Assembly: GCA_963667035.1 (NCBI GenBank)
Contig: OY762964.1
Coordinates: 1,696,001 to 1,760,000, forward strand
DNA length: 64,000 nt
Direction of reading: 5' to 3'
From: Candidatus Cloacimonadales bacterium
Lineage (GTDB): Bacteria > Cloacimonadota > Cloacimonadia > Cloacimonadales > JAFGVF01
Shown here: one piece after another, positions 38,709-49,304 of the stretch
Layout: each line of letters opens with the position of its first letter
How positions within the stretch are numbered: position 1 is the stretch's first letter
The notes under the pieces: model-generated
The model's input: the letters and a program-made list of their open reading frames with translations, nothing else
Told to the model about the DNA's origin: nothing
Database searches by the model: none
Position numbers and translations under genes: made by a program

Positions 38709-39304
38709 TCATCCTCATTCATATAATCTCTAACTTTCTGAACTATATCCACTTCCTCCTCTTTTTTCAGAGATAAGATGTGGTTACCAATCGCAATTCC
38801 TACACCTATCATCAAGAACATCTGTGCTCCTTGCTGTAAATGATAAGCCAAATTAAACATCTCGAGATTCTTAAAACTTACCTGAGTTATAAAGAATACC
38901 AGAGTTCTCATTATTGTTGCAGTTACACCAAACAGTAAGGCTTTTGCTGTTTTACTCTCTTCTGTCTTAAAGAAATAAGCTGTAAGATAGTTTAATCCTA
39001 TAAAAATTAATCCTAATGGTAAAACCAACATTGGCAAGGGTACAGCTTGATATTGGAAGTTTTGTTTCAAGATAGCGGTAAATATGACCGTTGCTATAAA
39101 AGCAGGAATCAATCCCCAATTGCTCTTGCCATAGCGGCTCAAAATAGTAAAACACGAAACAACGATTGAATAGATGTAGTATTCAGTTGCTTTTAAAGCA
39201 AAAAATCCGGTAGGACCTCCAAAGAATATCATACCCAAGATTGTTATAAACAGAAGAGGAACAGATATAATAATGAGACCTTTAACAAATTTATTTTCAG
39301 TCAT
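38705..39304 (-). CDS. hypothetical integral membrane protein
   Basis: ~6 hydrophobic segments; overlaps the trmB start. Confidence 0.65.
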   Translation of the reverse strand: MTENKFVKGLIIISVPLLFITILGMIFFGGPTGFFALKATEYYIYSIVVSCFTILSRYGKSNWGLIPAFIATVIFTAILKQNFQYQAVPLPMLVLPLGLIFIGLNYLTAYFFKTEESKTAKALLFGVTATIMRTLVFFITQVSFKNLEMFNLAYHLQQGAQMFLMIGVGIAIGNHILSLKKEEEVDIVQKVRDYMNEDE

Positions 39305-39392
39305 TTAATCTCCATAAAACATAGTTGGTTCATTCTCATATTTAGTATTCGACTGTCAAGATTAGTGTTAGATATGTGAAAGAATGTGTAAT

Positions 39393-39422
39393 AAAAAAGG
39401 GAGTACCAAGCTCGGTACTCCC
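39393..39422 (-). terminator. intrinsic terminator after asnS
   Basis: GGGAGTACC-GAGCTT-GGTACTCCC-TTTTTT on the minus strand. Confidence 0.85.
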
Positions 39423-39440
39423 AAAACAAATATCTATAAT

Positions 39441-40736
39441 CTAAGGATAAATTCTGTAAATCATACGTGGGAATGGGATAACTTCTCGGATATGTCTGGT
39501 TCCGGTCATCCATTGTGTAAGTCTTTCAAGTCCCACACCAAAACCACTATGAGGCACAGATCCATACTTTCTCATATCAAGATACCATTGATAAGCTTCA
39601 ATATCCATATCTTCTGCTTTCATTCTTTCGAGTAGAAGGTTATAATCATCTTCACGTTGAGAGCCACCGATAATCTCACCAAACTCCTCAGGTGCGATAA
39701 GATCACTTCCTAATACTAAATCAGGATTCTCACTATCTCTTTTCATGTAGAAAGCTTTAATCTCTTTCGGCCATTTCTCAATGAATACGGGGACATCTGA
39801 TCCCTCGGTTATCATTCCTTCTTCGGCTGCACCGAAGTCTTCGTCATAGCCCATCTCAGAGCCTTTTGAACGGCATATATCGACAGCTTCTCTATGAGTG
39901 ATTACCTTGAAAGGTGCATCAGCTTTCTTTAATTGCTCAACGTCTCTCTCAAGAATCTCAAGCTCTTTAGCACACTTTTTTACAACACTGCGAATAACGT
40001 GTCTAATCATTCCTTCTTGAATCTTCATATTCTCAGCATGCTCAACATAAGCGGCCTCGGCATCCATCATCCAAAATTCAGTAAGATGCTTACGAGTCTT
40101 CGATTTTTCAGCTCTGAAAACAGGACCGAAATCATATACTCTTCCAAGACTCATGATTGCTGGTTCAAGATACAATTGACCTGATTGTGAAAGATAAGCT
40201 TTACCTTGATCAAAATACTCCAACTCAAAAAGAGTTGTTGTTCCTTCGCAAGCGTTTGGAGTAAGGATAGGAGAGTCAAATCTAATGAAATCGTTATTGT
40301 TAAGATATTCACAGATTGCAAAATATACTGTATGTCTTACTCTGAGGTTTGCCCACTGTTTTGAGGAACGTATCCAAAGATGACGATTTGTAAGCAAGAA
40401 ATCGGGACCATGTTCCTTATTGCTTATAGGATAATCTTCAGTAAGGTGAACAATCTTCACGTCTGTCACGTCAACTTCATACACATCCTCTTTCTTAGGG
40501 TGTTTTTTGGGAATGCCTGTAATTGACACTGATGATTCAAGAGTAAGAGTTTTTGCATAAGCAAATTTATCTTCACCTAAAGCAGGTTTAAATGCTACAG
40601 CTTGAAGCCATCCGGTTCCATCTCTGAAAATGATGAATAATAGTTTGCCGCTTGAACGAATATTCTTCACCCAACCGTTCAATCTTATCTCTTCTCCTAA
40701 ATGATTCTTTATATCTTTCACTTGTATATCTTTCAT
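39441..40736 (-). CDS. asnS: asparagine--tRNA ligase
   Basis: YLSQSGQLY, FRAEKSKT..HLTEFWM, EIIGGSQRE, PHSGFG.G.ER. Confidence 0.93.
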   Translation of the reverse strand: MKDIQVKDIKNHLGEEIRLNGWVKNIRSSGKLLFIIFRDGTGWLQAVAFKPALGEDKFAYAKTLTLESSVSITGIPKKHPKKEDVYEVDVTDVKIVHLTEDYPISNKEHGPDFLLTNRHLWIRSSKQWANLRVRHTVYFAICEYLNNNDFIRFDSPILTPNACEGTTTLFELEYFDQGKAYLSQSGQLYLEPAIMSLGRVYDFGPVFRAEKSKTRKHLTEFWMMDAEAAYVEHAENMKIQEGMIRHVIRSVVKKCAKELEILERDVEQLKKADAPFKVITHREAVDICRSKGSEMGYDEDFGAAEEGMITEGSDVPVFIEKWPKEIKAFYMKRDSENPDLVLGSDLIAPEEFGEIIGGSQREDDYNLLLERMKAEDMDIEAYQWYLDMRKYGSVPHSGFGVGLERLTQWMTGTRHIREVIPFPRMIYRIYP

Positions 40737-40759
40737 CTTAAAAACTCCGTTTAAATTCT

Positions 40760-41740
40760 TTAACTGTTAGTAGTGTTAATCTTATCTATTATCATTTGAG
40801 CTATTCTAAGAGCTTTCAAACCGTCAACACCACTACAAATTGGTGTTTTATTTGTCTCAATAGCTTCAATGAATGATTCCAGCTCCATAGTGAGAGCATC
40901 TTTCAAAATATCTTCTGCTGTTATCACATCCTGTTCGACCAAATCCTCAGGATTGAATGTATTTTCTCCTAAAAGGATAGAGGGTAGAATCTTCTTTAAA
41001 TCTTTAGATTTACGTATAGCGATAACTTCTTTGTCCTGGAAATTCACAGAGATATATGATTCTTTCTGGAAAAATCTAATTTTTCTTTCCATCTTCATAG
41101 AGATTCTACTAGTTGTAATATTGGCAACTGTCCCATTCTCAAATTGCAACCGTGCATTCGCAATATCAATACTGTCGGTAACAATTCCGGCTCCGTTCGC
41201 CTGTATATCAACTATTTCACTATTCACAAAGCTCAAAATCAAATCTATATCATGTATCATAAGATCAAGTACTACAGGAACATCAGTTCCTCTCGGATTG
41301 AACTTATGCAATCTGTGCGACTCAATAAACAGAGGTGATGCTATTAAATCAGCTGATTTCATGATTACAGGATTGAACCTTTCAATATGTCCAACCTGAA
41401 TTTTCACTCCATTCTGTTTTGCCAACTCCACTAATTCCTCACCTTGAGCTACTGTTGTTGTGATAGGTTTCTCTATGAAAACATGTTTCTTTGCTTCCAA
41501 TGCAAGTTTGGCTAGTTCATAATGATAAGTTGTCGTTACAGCAATATCGATAGCATCAATATTCTTTAACAATTCATTATAGCTTTCGTATCTCTTTAAT
41601 CCAAACTCTTTTGCAACATTATTCGCTTTTGTTTCGTCAGAATCATATACCCCAACCATCTCGCAATTACTGAGGGTGCTGAGAATTCTGGCGTGATGTC
41701 TTCCTAGGTGGCCAACGCCTACAACGCCTATCTTCAACAT
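40760..41740 (-). CDS. Gfo/Idh/MocA oxidoreductase (GnnA-like)
   Basis: GVGHLG, EKP, GHIERFNP, DLMIHDID. Confidence 0.85.
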   Translation of the reverse strand: MLKIGVVGVGHLGRHHARILSTLSNCEMVGVYDSDETKANNVAKEFGLKRYESYNELLKNIDAIDIAVTTTYHYELAKLALEAKKHVFIEKPITTTVAQGEELVELAKQNGVKIQVGHIERFNPVIMKSADLIASPLFIESHRLHKFNPRGTDVPVVLDLMIHDIDLILSFVNSEIVDIQANGAGIVTDSIDIANARLQFENGTVANITTSRISMKMERKIRFFQKESYISVNFQDKEVIAIRKSKDLKKILPSILLGENTFNPEDLVEQDVITAEDILKDALTMELESFIEAIETNKTPICSGVDGLKALRIAQMIIDKINTTNS

Positions 41741-41886
41741 AATAGCTCCTTTAAATGAGAATTATCAGTTTAAATTCAGTTTGTAGTAACTGCACATGTG
41801 TCAAGTAAAATGATTATGTTCAATCATACAAACAAGCTCTAAACAAGAAAACCATCCTTTTAAACTTCCAATGTTCTTTTGTAACA

Positions 41887-41964
41887 CACGAGACACACTC
41901 GGGACTTTACCCGAGAAATTCCCAAGAAATTCACACCAAAATCCCGCCCGGTTCACGTGAATTG
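41887..41964. repeat. degenerate 11-bp-periodic array
   Basis: CCCGAGAAATT/CCCAAGAAATT/CACACCAAAAT/CCCGCCCGGTT/CACGTGAATTG; short palindrome CTCGGG-N6-CCCGAG. Confidence 0.5.
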
Positions 41965-42030
41965 AACCTAAGCAAAGATGGAGAAGTAAAACGAATCAAT
42001 TTAAGAAAATCGTTTATTTGAAATTGGCTG

Positions 42031-42921
42031 TTAAGCTTGCTTTACTCGCTTCTTTGAGAATACAATATACAACTGAGCCATAACAATAACCAGGTAGAAT
42101 AAGGCCTGTAGATTATGCATTCTCTCACCGAGGATTAAGAAAGCGAGTAAACCGGCAATCACCGGTTTGAGGAAAAAGAAAGAAGCCCCAACGGAAGCAG
42201 GAATCTTCTTCAATGCTTGGAAGAAAAGATAATAAGCAATTCCTGTAACAAAAATACCGAGATAAAGTAAGAGCATCAGATTACCCGGATTAGGAGTAAA
42301 GCTCAAACTTCCACCCTGTATTAGAGTAAAAGCAGCAAGGATTAAAGCTCCGCCAAAGAAACTTACTGAGTTAAACACAATACTACCGTGAGTTTTGACT
42401 TGTCTCTTTGACAGAACAGTATATAAAGCAAACGAGACTGCTGCGAGAATTGCAAATATGATACCTAAAGATATATCTCGTGATCCCGAGAATAAATCCT
42501 TTTCCATCAATACAATTCCTACCAAAGCAAGTATGCTCACTATCTGGGCAATTAGTACTTTCGCGGACATCTTCTCTTTTAAAATAAAATGAGCAAAAAT
42601 AGTAGTAAATACAGGATTAGTACTAATTATAATCGCTGAGAGGAATGCTTTCCCATAGAATACCGAGATTTGTAACAAATACATACTGACTGCAACATTT
42701 AGAATGCCGGGTATAGTCATACCTGCAATCTCTCTAAAGTTAAGTTTCTTACTCTTCTTTTTTAACTCTGAAAAGGCAATCGGAGCTAATACAATAGCTC
42801 CGATTATAAATCTGTATACTGTTACTGAAGCCGGAGAAATGTTTGCCCCAATAAGCTTACCGACAACTTCCAAGGTTGAAAAGAACAGTATTGTTATAAA
42901 ACAAAACAGATATGGTACCAT
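42031..42921 (-). CDS. DMT/EamA family transporter
   Basis: 10 TM with duplicated EamA pattern (P.F...A...LKEK; PV.A..LA...LGE). Confidence 0.88.
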   Translation of the reverse strand: MVPYLFCFITILFFSTLEVVGKLIGANISPASVTVYRFIIGAIVLAPIAFSELKKKSKKLNFREIAGMTIPGILNVAVSMYLLQISVFYGKAFLSAIIISTNPVFTTIFAHFILKEKMSAKVLIAQIVSILALVGIVLMEKDLFSGSRDISLGIIFAILAAVSFALYTVLSKRQVKTHGSIVFNSVSFFGGALILAAFTLIQGGSLSFTPNPGNLMLLLYLGIFVTGIAYYLFFQALKKIPASVGASFFFLKPVIAGLLAFLILGERMHNLQALFYLVIVMAQLYIVFSKKRVKQA

Positions 42922-42924
42922 TTT

Positions 42925-44217
42925 CTATTCACCAATCCTGTAAGCTTCAAAGAATCTCATGTCTTCCATGTTGATTCTCACTTTTAGATAAGTTCCTTCG
43001 TTGCGATATTGTTTATCCAACACTTCGCACTTTTTATAAGCAATTGATTCGAAAGAAGATTGAGCATAAGGAATCAGCAGTTCAGTTACTACAGCCTGAT
43101 TCAATTCATTCTCCAAATGCTCTGTTAACTTATCGATATTCAAGCCTGTATGCGCAGATATAAACATTGCTTGAGGATGTTTTTCTTTAAGTGTTTCCAA
43201 TTCGGTATCAGTCAATCTGTCAATCTTATTGAATACAAGCAATGTCTGTACTTCGTTAGCTTTTATCTCAAGTAAAACTTTCTCTACTTCAGCAATGAGA
43301 TGTTCATAGCGTTTATCTGCACAATCAACCACATGTAAAAGAAGATCTGCATCCATAACCTCTTTTAGTGTAGCTCTGAAACTTGCTACGAGCTGATGTG
43401 GGAGATTGGCAATAAAACCAACAGTGTCAGTGAGAATAACTTCATGCCCAAAGCCTATTTCAACTTCCTTTGATGTTGAATCAAGAGTCGCAAAAAGCTT
43501 ATCCTCCTGCAAAACTCCTGCATCGGTTAATCGATTAAAAAGGGTAGATTTACCTGCATTGGTATAACCGACTAGGCACACAAGCTTGTAGCTGCTCTTT
43601 CTTTTCTTTCTTTGAGTATCAAGTTGTATATTCAACTTACTCAAATCAGCCTGAATAGTAGCAATCTCTGTCTTTATCTTACGCTTATCAAGTTCTATCT
43701 GCTTCTCACCAGCTCCTCTAGTGGTTCCCATAGAACCGGAAGCACCACCTTTAATCTTGTCAAGATGAGTCCATAGCCTTTTCAGTCTGGGTAGCTGATA
43801 CTGTAGTTCAGCTAGTCTTACTTGCATCCGAGCTTCGCTTGTCTGTGCATGTCGGTGAAATATATCTAAAATAAGCTCTGTTCTATCCGTAATATCGAGT
43901 TTATAATCTCTGTTCAGATTACGCCCCTGAGAGGGAGTAAGTTCATTATCGAAGATAACTAAATTAGATTCTAGCTCTTCCATCTTCTCCTTCAACATCT
44001 CGGCAAACCCGGGACCTATATAAGTTCCTGCTTTGGGTTTATCAAAATTCTGAATAAATCTTCCGACGACTTCTACTCCGGCAGTATCTGCCAGCCTTTC
44101 AAGCTCATCTAATGAATCATTTATTTCTTGTGGGGTTCTTTTTCTTCGAACCGTAACTAATATCGCTTTAGTAATAATCTCTTCCGAGATTTCATATAAT
44201 TTATCTTTAATAGGCAT
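42925..44217 (-). CDS. hflX: ribosome-splitting GTPase HflX
   Basis: GYTNAGKSTL, LFATLD, DTVGF, NKID; N-terminal DRTELILDIF. Confidence 0.95.
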   Translation of the reverse strand: MPIKDKLYEISEEIITKAILVTVRRKRTPQEINDSLDELERLADTAGVEVVGRFIQNFDKPKAGTYIGPGFAEMLKEKMEELESNLVIFDNELTPSQGRNLNRDYKLDITDRTELILDIFHRHAQTSEARMQVRLAELQYQLPRLKRLWTHLDKIKGGASGSMGTTRGAGEKQIELDKRKIKTEIATIQADLSKLNIQLDTQRKKRKSSYKLVCLVGYTNAGKSTLFNRLTDAGVLQEDKLFATLDSTSKEVEIGFGHEVILTDTVGFIANLPHQLVASFRATLKEVMDADLLLHVVDCADKRYEHLIAEVEKVLLEIKANEVQTLLVFNKIDRLTDTELETLKEKHPQAMFISAHTGLNIDKLTEHLENELNQAVVTELLIPYAQSSFESIAYKKCEVLDKQYRNEGTYLKVRINMEDMRFFEAYRIGE

Positions 44218-44328
44218 AAAACCTCCAAAATACTGTAATTGTGAACGTGATTGTTATAGAGCTATAACAAGATATAAGAATTAAGAATAGACCCTTATAT
44301 AAGGGATGCGATACATAATTGGGGCAAA

Positions 44329-44352
44329 TCAATAAATAGTATTAATGAACAT
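44329..44352 (-). CDS. putative hflX leader peptide MFINTIY
   Basis: AGGTGA-N5-ATG TTC ATT AAT ACT ATT TAT TGA, downstream of extended -10 TGCTATAAT (44397-44389). Confidence 0.4.
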   Translation of the reverse strand: MFINTIY

Positions 44353-44499
44353 CTCACTCACCTGTATTTTGAATTGAGGCATTGATATATTATAGCAGAA
44401 TTATGTCAATAAAGTTTTTGCCTTTCTTATCTCCTGTACTTCAATGCAATAGACATATTTACTGTCAATGCAGAGAAATAGATGAATGAATAGTAGTTA

Positions 44500-46620
44500 T
44501 TATTGTTTCACAACCTTAAAGAATCCTCTTCTTGCTACATCAATTGAGAAACTAGTACCTGTTACTTCAGCAATTTCTTGGAATCCTGTGTATGGATTGT
44601 CTGACCAAAGGACTGTATAAGATATAGAAGGCTCTCCATTCCATGATAACATTAATCCGGATGTGGTCTTTATTAATTCAGGTGATACTTCCTCCGTTTC
44701 CAAGGGGGTAACAACTACTTTGTATCCTAAGTGATCTACGTTATCAGCATCTATCATAAGAGTTATTTTGGCTTGTTTATCTTGATGATACCCACCAGTC
44801 AGTTCAACCTTTAATTCTGAGGATGAACATGGGTATACAGGTAAACCTGATTCCGGTAACAGAGGATTAAATGACCTATCGTCACAAATTACCTCATTAA
44901 CGGTAAAAAGTTTATTCCCATTATTTTCAACAACAAGATTAACATAAGGATAAGAAACTCCGAAAGGTTCGGGTCTAATCGAATATGAAATTGGCGGATA
45001 AACAGCAATTGATTGGATTGATAAATCAGTATCGATGAAGTTTGGATTGCTGTATACAACATTACCCTGATAATCTGTTGCTTTAAGCCTTAACCATCTC
45101 ATACCTGTAACCTCATTTAGATTTATCAAATAAGCTAAGGTTCTGGGATTTGTAATAGTCTCAAGAACTTCATACTCTTCTGTAAAGGAGTCATTAAGTG
45201 CCGACTCAACTTCGTAGCAGTGAAAGTCAAAGCTTGAGCATTGATCCCATGTTAACTCTACAGCACTAGGATTCCCGTGATAATCATAATCTATTTCCAA
45301 TTCCAGTGGTGAGATTGAATCAACAATTTCTAAGTCATCAGTCCTGTTAATGTTATCATCAATAACTTCCGAGAGTGCATCAATCCAATGAGAGTTATAC
45401 TCAATAACATTAGTGTAAAAGTTATCCGGAATCCATGTGTTTGCTTCATAATCATATCCATAAAAGGCATAGTAATCGTTACAATAACCGGGAAGCTCTC
45501 TCATCTCAACATGAAGCCAATTCTGGAATTGATTGGAGTCACAATAGTTTCTTGTGTATATAAATTGGTAACTTGTATCTATCCCATAATATCTGAAGGA
45601 CATAGGAATATTATAACTTTCACCATTCAAGTAATAATATGGAGGATTGTAGGAATTCCCGGCAACAGCTAAATAATCCAGAACAGTGTTCCTTCTATTA
45701 ACTAAGAAATCTCCGGCAATTGGAATTTGGTATGGTAACCTATTCACGATATCATTATGAGCATCAGATACGTCTCTGATAGGATTATTATAGGGAATAG
45801 CAAAACCTGAAGACAGAATTACATCATACGGTACCGTACTGTTATAATCATAACTATGTACTTGAAGAGTAAACTCACTTATCCCAAAAGTAGTTCTTAT
45901 CTCATCACATGCTTCTTTGTAAGCAATATTATAGGCGTGCTCACTATGTCTACTAGGATCACTATAAGACCTGTCATTAGTATACATACCTGAATTACTT
46001 TGTCTAACTTCTCTCCCCGCTCCATTGATAAAAAGATATCTGGCATTGAGCTTGTTGAAAGCATAAAGAGCTAAAGGTAGAGCAATAAAATCATCGCATG
46101 GATGAATCATTGAGATTATAATTGGATTAGTGGATTCAGGATTCTTTAGATATAGTCCCCATCCATAAGTAAATGCCCCTATCTCATCATCAAATGTCTC
46201 AGGGGTTTGATTATCATCTACATAACTTGTATCGGGTATTTCTCTAATTAAATTGTATGTCTTTCCCGTTCCGGTATCAGAAAGTTGCACTACTTCAAAA
46301 GGGTATTCAGCATTGCTTAAAAGATTTTCAGCTCCTACGGAATTATCATTAACCAAGCACTCCAAAGCTAACCGCCAAGCAGTTGAGTCTGCTTCTGACA
46401 ACTCAGTAAAGCTTCCGAAACCAACCATTTGTTTATCGTAAGGAGAATATTGATTATAGCCCTCTCTTGCAATATTTTCAGCAACATGTGAGTACCAGTT
46501 ATTATATGTGAAATCGGGGTCATCTCCAAACAAGAAAGTCTCAAAATCCCTTTCTTCCGTGATTACAGAAAATAGAACAGTTGTAATTAAAAACAAAAAG
46601 CCAACCAAACATCTTCTCAT
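44500..46620 (-). CDS. large secreted hypothetical protein with C-terminal FN3/Ig-like modules
   Basis: signal peptide; ELTW...Y.V...WLRLKATDYQGN FN3-like segment. Confidence 0.65.
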   Translation of the reverse strand: MRRCLVGFLFLITTVLFSVITEERDFETFLFGDDPDFTYNNWYSHVAENIAREGYNQYSPYDKQMVGFGSFTELSEADSTAWRLALECLVNDNSVGAENLLSNAEYPFEVVQLSDTGTGKTYNLIREIPDTSYVDDNQTPETFDDEIGAFTYGWGLYLKNPESTNPIIISMIHPCDDFIALPLALYAFNKLNARYLFINGAGREVRQSNSGMYTNDRSYSDPSRHSEHAYNIAYKEACDEIRTTFGISEFTLQVHSYDYNSTVPYDVILSSGFAIPYNNPIRDVSDAHNDIVNRLPYQIPIAGDFLVNRRNTVLDYLAVAGNSYNPPYYYLNGESYNIPMSFRYYGIDTSYQFIYTRNYCDSNQFQNWLHVEMRELPGYCNDYYAFYGYDYEANTWIPDNFYTNVIEYNSHWIDALSEVIDDNINRTDDLEIVDSISPLELEIDYDYHGNPSAVELTWDQCSSFDFHCYEVESALNDSFTEEYEVLETITNPRTLAYLINLNEVTGMRWLRLKATDYQGNVVYSNPNFIDTDLSIQSIAVYPPISYSIRPEPFGVSYPYVNLVVENNGNKLFTVNEVICDDRSFNPLLPESGLPVYPCSSSELKVELTGGYHQDKQAKITLMIDADNVDHLGYKVVVTPLETEEVSPELIKTTSGLMLSWNGEPSISYTVLWSDNPYTGFQEIAEVTGTSFSIDVARRGFFKVVKQ

Positions 46621-46789
46621 ATTCGCCTCCGGAATAAACGATAAGTTATCGGTTTAATGATTTATATACTTACAAATATGCAATATACATACCAATAAAC
46701 AAGAAATATAAGTTAAGTTTTTGGAAGTCAATATAAATGAATAAGGGAGAATGAATTTCTTCACACTCCCCCATTCTTCGCAGTTATAA

Positions 46790-47863
46790 TTATATTAATT
46801 GTTTACGTCTACGGTAATGTTTGGAATCACCTTTTTCACCATAAGATATTGTTTCACCGATTGAGTGTATACTATCTTCCAGTTTTTGCCTGAAGGATTC
46901 ACAGTTCTCATCCACTCCCGGCTTGTTATCGTACAAGAAATAGTTTTTCCTATAGTTTGTATCATCAATAACAACTGGCATGATAATGTTTGCACCAACC
47001 TGAAGCCCTTTTATTCTTCCATCTCCACCAAGAGCTTGTAAAGCTGTTGTTGCGGCTATGTTAACATCTTTTAAAACTAGTCTTACCAAAGCAATCATAC
47101 GATGCCCCATATCCAATTGTCTCATCTCGTCAAAGTGGTAATCAGCTTTAGCCAAAGGAGTTTCATGATGAGGAATATATGGTCCCATGCCAATCATATC
47201 AATATCCCATTCTTTCATAAACAGTATATCATCAGCTAAATCTGCAGAAGTTTGAAAAGGCAAACCAATCATAACTCCTGTTCCTACTTGATAATCAGTT
47301 TCTCTGAGAAATCTAAGGCTTTCAAGCCTCTTTTCAAATGAGTGATCAGCAGGATGAAGCTTCTTATATAATTGGGGATTAGAAGATTCAATTCTAAGAA
47401 GATATCTGGTTGCTCCCGCTTCTCGCCATCTTCTGAATGTATCCTTTGTCTGCTCACCAAGAGACAATGTAATTCCTAATTTAGTTTCACTAAGGGAATG
47501 AATATCTTTGATTGTTTCCTCTATAAAATCAATCCATTCCTTATCATCTCTTTCTCCTGCTTGTATAGCTATAGATGCATAGGCATGTTCAAGACAGAAG
47601 CGAGCGGCATTAAGAATATCGTCTTTTGTCATTTTATATCTATTCACATTACTATTACTCTTGCGTATCCCGCAATAATAACAGTCTTTTATGCAAATAT
47701 TACTTATCTCGGCTATACCTCTCAAGTGGACAATAGGACCTATTTCCCTGATCTTTGTCTTATAGGCTTCTTCAAAAAGAGTATTTATAAGACTCATATC
47801 AGTAGTTTCCAACAGATAGATTATATCGTCTCGTCCCAGATTGTTAAAGTCTATCTTTCTCAT
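46790..47863 (-). CDS. hydE: [FeFe]-hydrogenase maturase HydE (radical SAM)
   Basis: CIKDCYYCGIR, YLLRIE, GMGPYIPH, ATTAL, Y.LY..KP; adjacent to hydG. Confidence 0.9.
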   Translation of the reverse strand: MRKIDFNNLGRDDIIYLLETTDMSLINTLFEEAYKTKIREIGPIVHLRGIAEISNICIKDCYYCGIRKSNSNVNRYKMTKDDILNAARFCLEHAYASIAIQAGERDDKEWIDFIEETIKDIHSLSETKLGITLSLGEQTKDTFRRWREAGATRYLLRIESSNPQLYKKLHPADHSFEKRLESLRFLRETDYQVGTGVMIGLPFQTSADLADDILFMKEWDIDMIGMGPYIPHHETPLAKADYHFDEMRQLDMGHRMIALVRLVLKDVNIAATTALQALGGDGRIKGLQVGANIIMPVVIDDTNYRKNYFLYDNKPGVDENCESFRQKLEDSIHSIGETISYGEKGDSKHYRRRKQLI

Positions 47864-47871
47864 ACTTTCCT

Positions 47872-49281
47872 TTAGAAATACATATCATGTTGCCCGGATC
47901 TAAGCTTATCAAGCTTCTCTTCCAGTTTAGTTTTTAAGTTTCCTTCGGGGAATTTATTCATTTCCTTCTCAACGAGTTTAAGACCTGATTTCTTTGTTTC
48001 TGGAGAAGCATAGTCTAATAAATACTCAGTAAAAGTAAGAATAGCATTGGGTTGACAGTAGCTCTTAATATCTCCTGTTTTTGAGAAATCCATGAAATCA
48101 TGCCCTGTTCTACCAAGTCGGTAACATGCTGTACACCAGGAAGGAATAAAATCATGTTCGGCTAATTCTCGGACAACTTCATCAAGAGATCTATTATCTC
48201 CTAAGACAAACTGACTCTTCTTGAAAGATTCTTCATCACCATGGGAATATTCTCCAATACCTATACTGGAACCACCGTCAATCTGGGAAACTCCATAGTT
48301 GAATACTTCATTTCTTACTTCCATCGGTTCTCTTGCGGTAAGAATCATACCTGTATAAGGAACAGCTAGACGTAGAATAGCTACCAGTTTCTTGAAATCA
48401 TCATCACTAACAGCATATTCCGGATGTAATGTATAGTCACTACCATGAGCCGGTTCGATTCTTGGGAAAGAAATTGTGTGAGGTCCTACACCGAATTTCT
48501 CTTCCAGATGGAAACTATGAGCAAGTAAACTCATTACCTCAAATCTCCAATCGAAAAGTCCCAACAAGGCTCCTATGCCAAGATCATCAATTCCGGCTTC
48601 CATAGCTCTATCTAAGCCATACAATCTCCACAGATAACTACTTTTAGGTCCTCTGGGATGTAAACGTTTGTAAGTTTCCTGATGATATGTTTCCTGGAAA
48701 ATTTGATAAGTCCCTATACCTGCTGACTTAACAGTCTTGTAACCTTCAACATCAAGAGGTGCTGCATTAATGTTTACACGACGAATCTCACCCTTAGCGG
48801 TTTTGGTTGCATATACTGTTTCAACAGTATCTTTAATAAATTCAGGAGAATACATATTGTGCTCTCCATAAACCATAATAAGTCGTTTGTGTCCTTTATT
48901 CTCTAAAGCAAGGGTTTCATCGATTAGTTGTTCGTTGGTTAATGTACTTCTGTGACAATCCTTATTCGAAATTCTGAATCCGCAATACACACAGTCATTA
49001 ATACATTCATTCCCTACATAAAGAGGAGCAAAAAGTACTATTCTGTTACCATAAATATCTTCTTTAATCTTTTTCGCCAAACTAAAGATACTTGAAAGCA
49101 TTTCAGGTTCTTTACTTTGAATCAGTACAGCAACGTCTTCTAAACTTAACCCTTTCTTTAAGGCTGCTTTAGAAAGAACTTCTTCCACCTGCTCATGAGT
49201 AGGTTCGGAATGTTTCTCCAGTAATCCCCAGATTTCTTCTTCAGGAATAAATGATTTTAAGCCTTCTACATCAATTTTCAT
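47872..49281 (-). CDS. hydG: [FeFe]-hydrogenase maturase HydG (radical SAM)
   Basis: CINDCVYC, FQETY, GPHTISFPRI, C-terminal CTACYR...CQPNA. Confidence 0.93.
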   Translation of the reverse strand: MKIDVEGLKSFIPEEEIWGLLEKHSEPTHEQVEEVLSKAALKKGLSLEDVAVLIQSKEPEMLSSIFSLAKKIKEDIYGNRIVLFAPLYVGNECINDCVYCGFRISNKDCHRSTLTNEQLIDETLALENKGHKRLIMVYGEHNMYSPEFIKDTVETVYATKTAKGEIRRVNINAAPLDVEGYKTVKSAGIGTYQIFQETYHQETYKRLHPRGPKSSYLWRLYGLDRAMEAGIDDLGIGALLGLFDWRFEVMSLLAHSFHLEEKFGVGPHTISFPRIEPAHGSDYTLHPEYAVSDDDFKKLVAILRLAVPYTGMILTAREPMEVRNEVFNYGVSQIDGGSSIGIGEYSHGDEESFKKSQFVLGDNRSLDEVVRELAEHDFIPSWCTACYRLGRTGHDFMDFSKTGDIKSYCQPNAILTFTEYLLDYASPETKKSGLKLVEKEMNKFPEGNLKTKLEEKLDKLRSGQHDMYF

Positions 49282-49304
49282 TTTAACCTCTTTATGTTTA
49301 TTTT

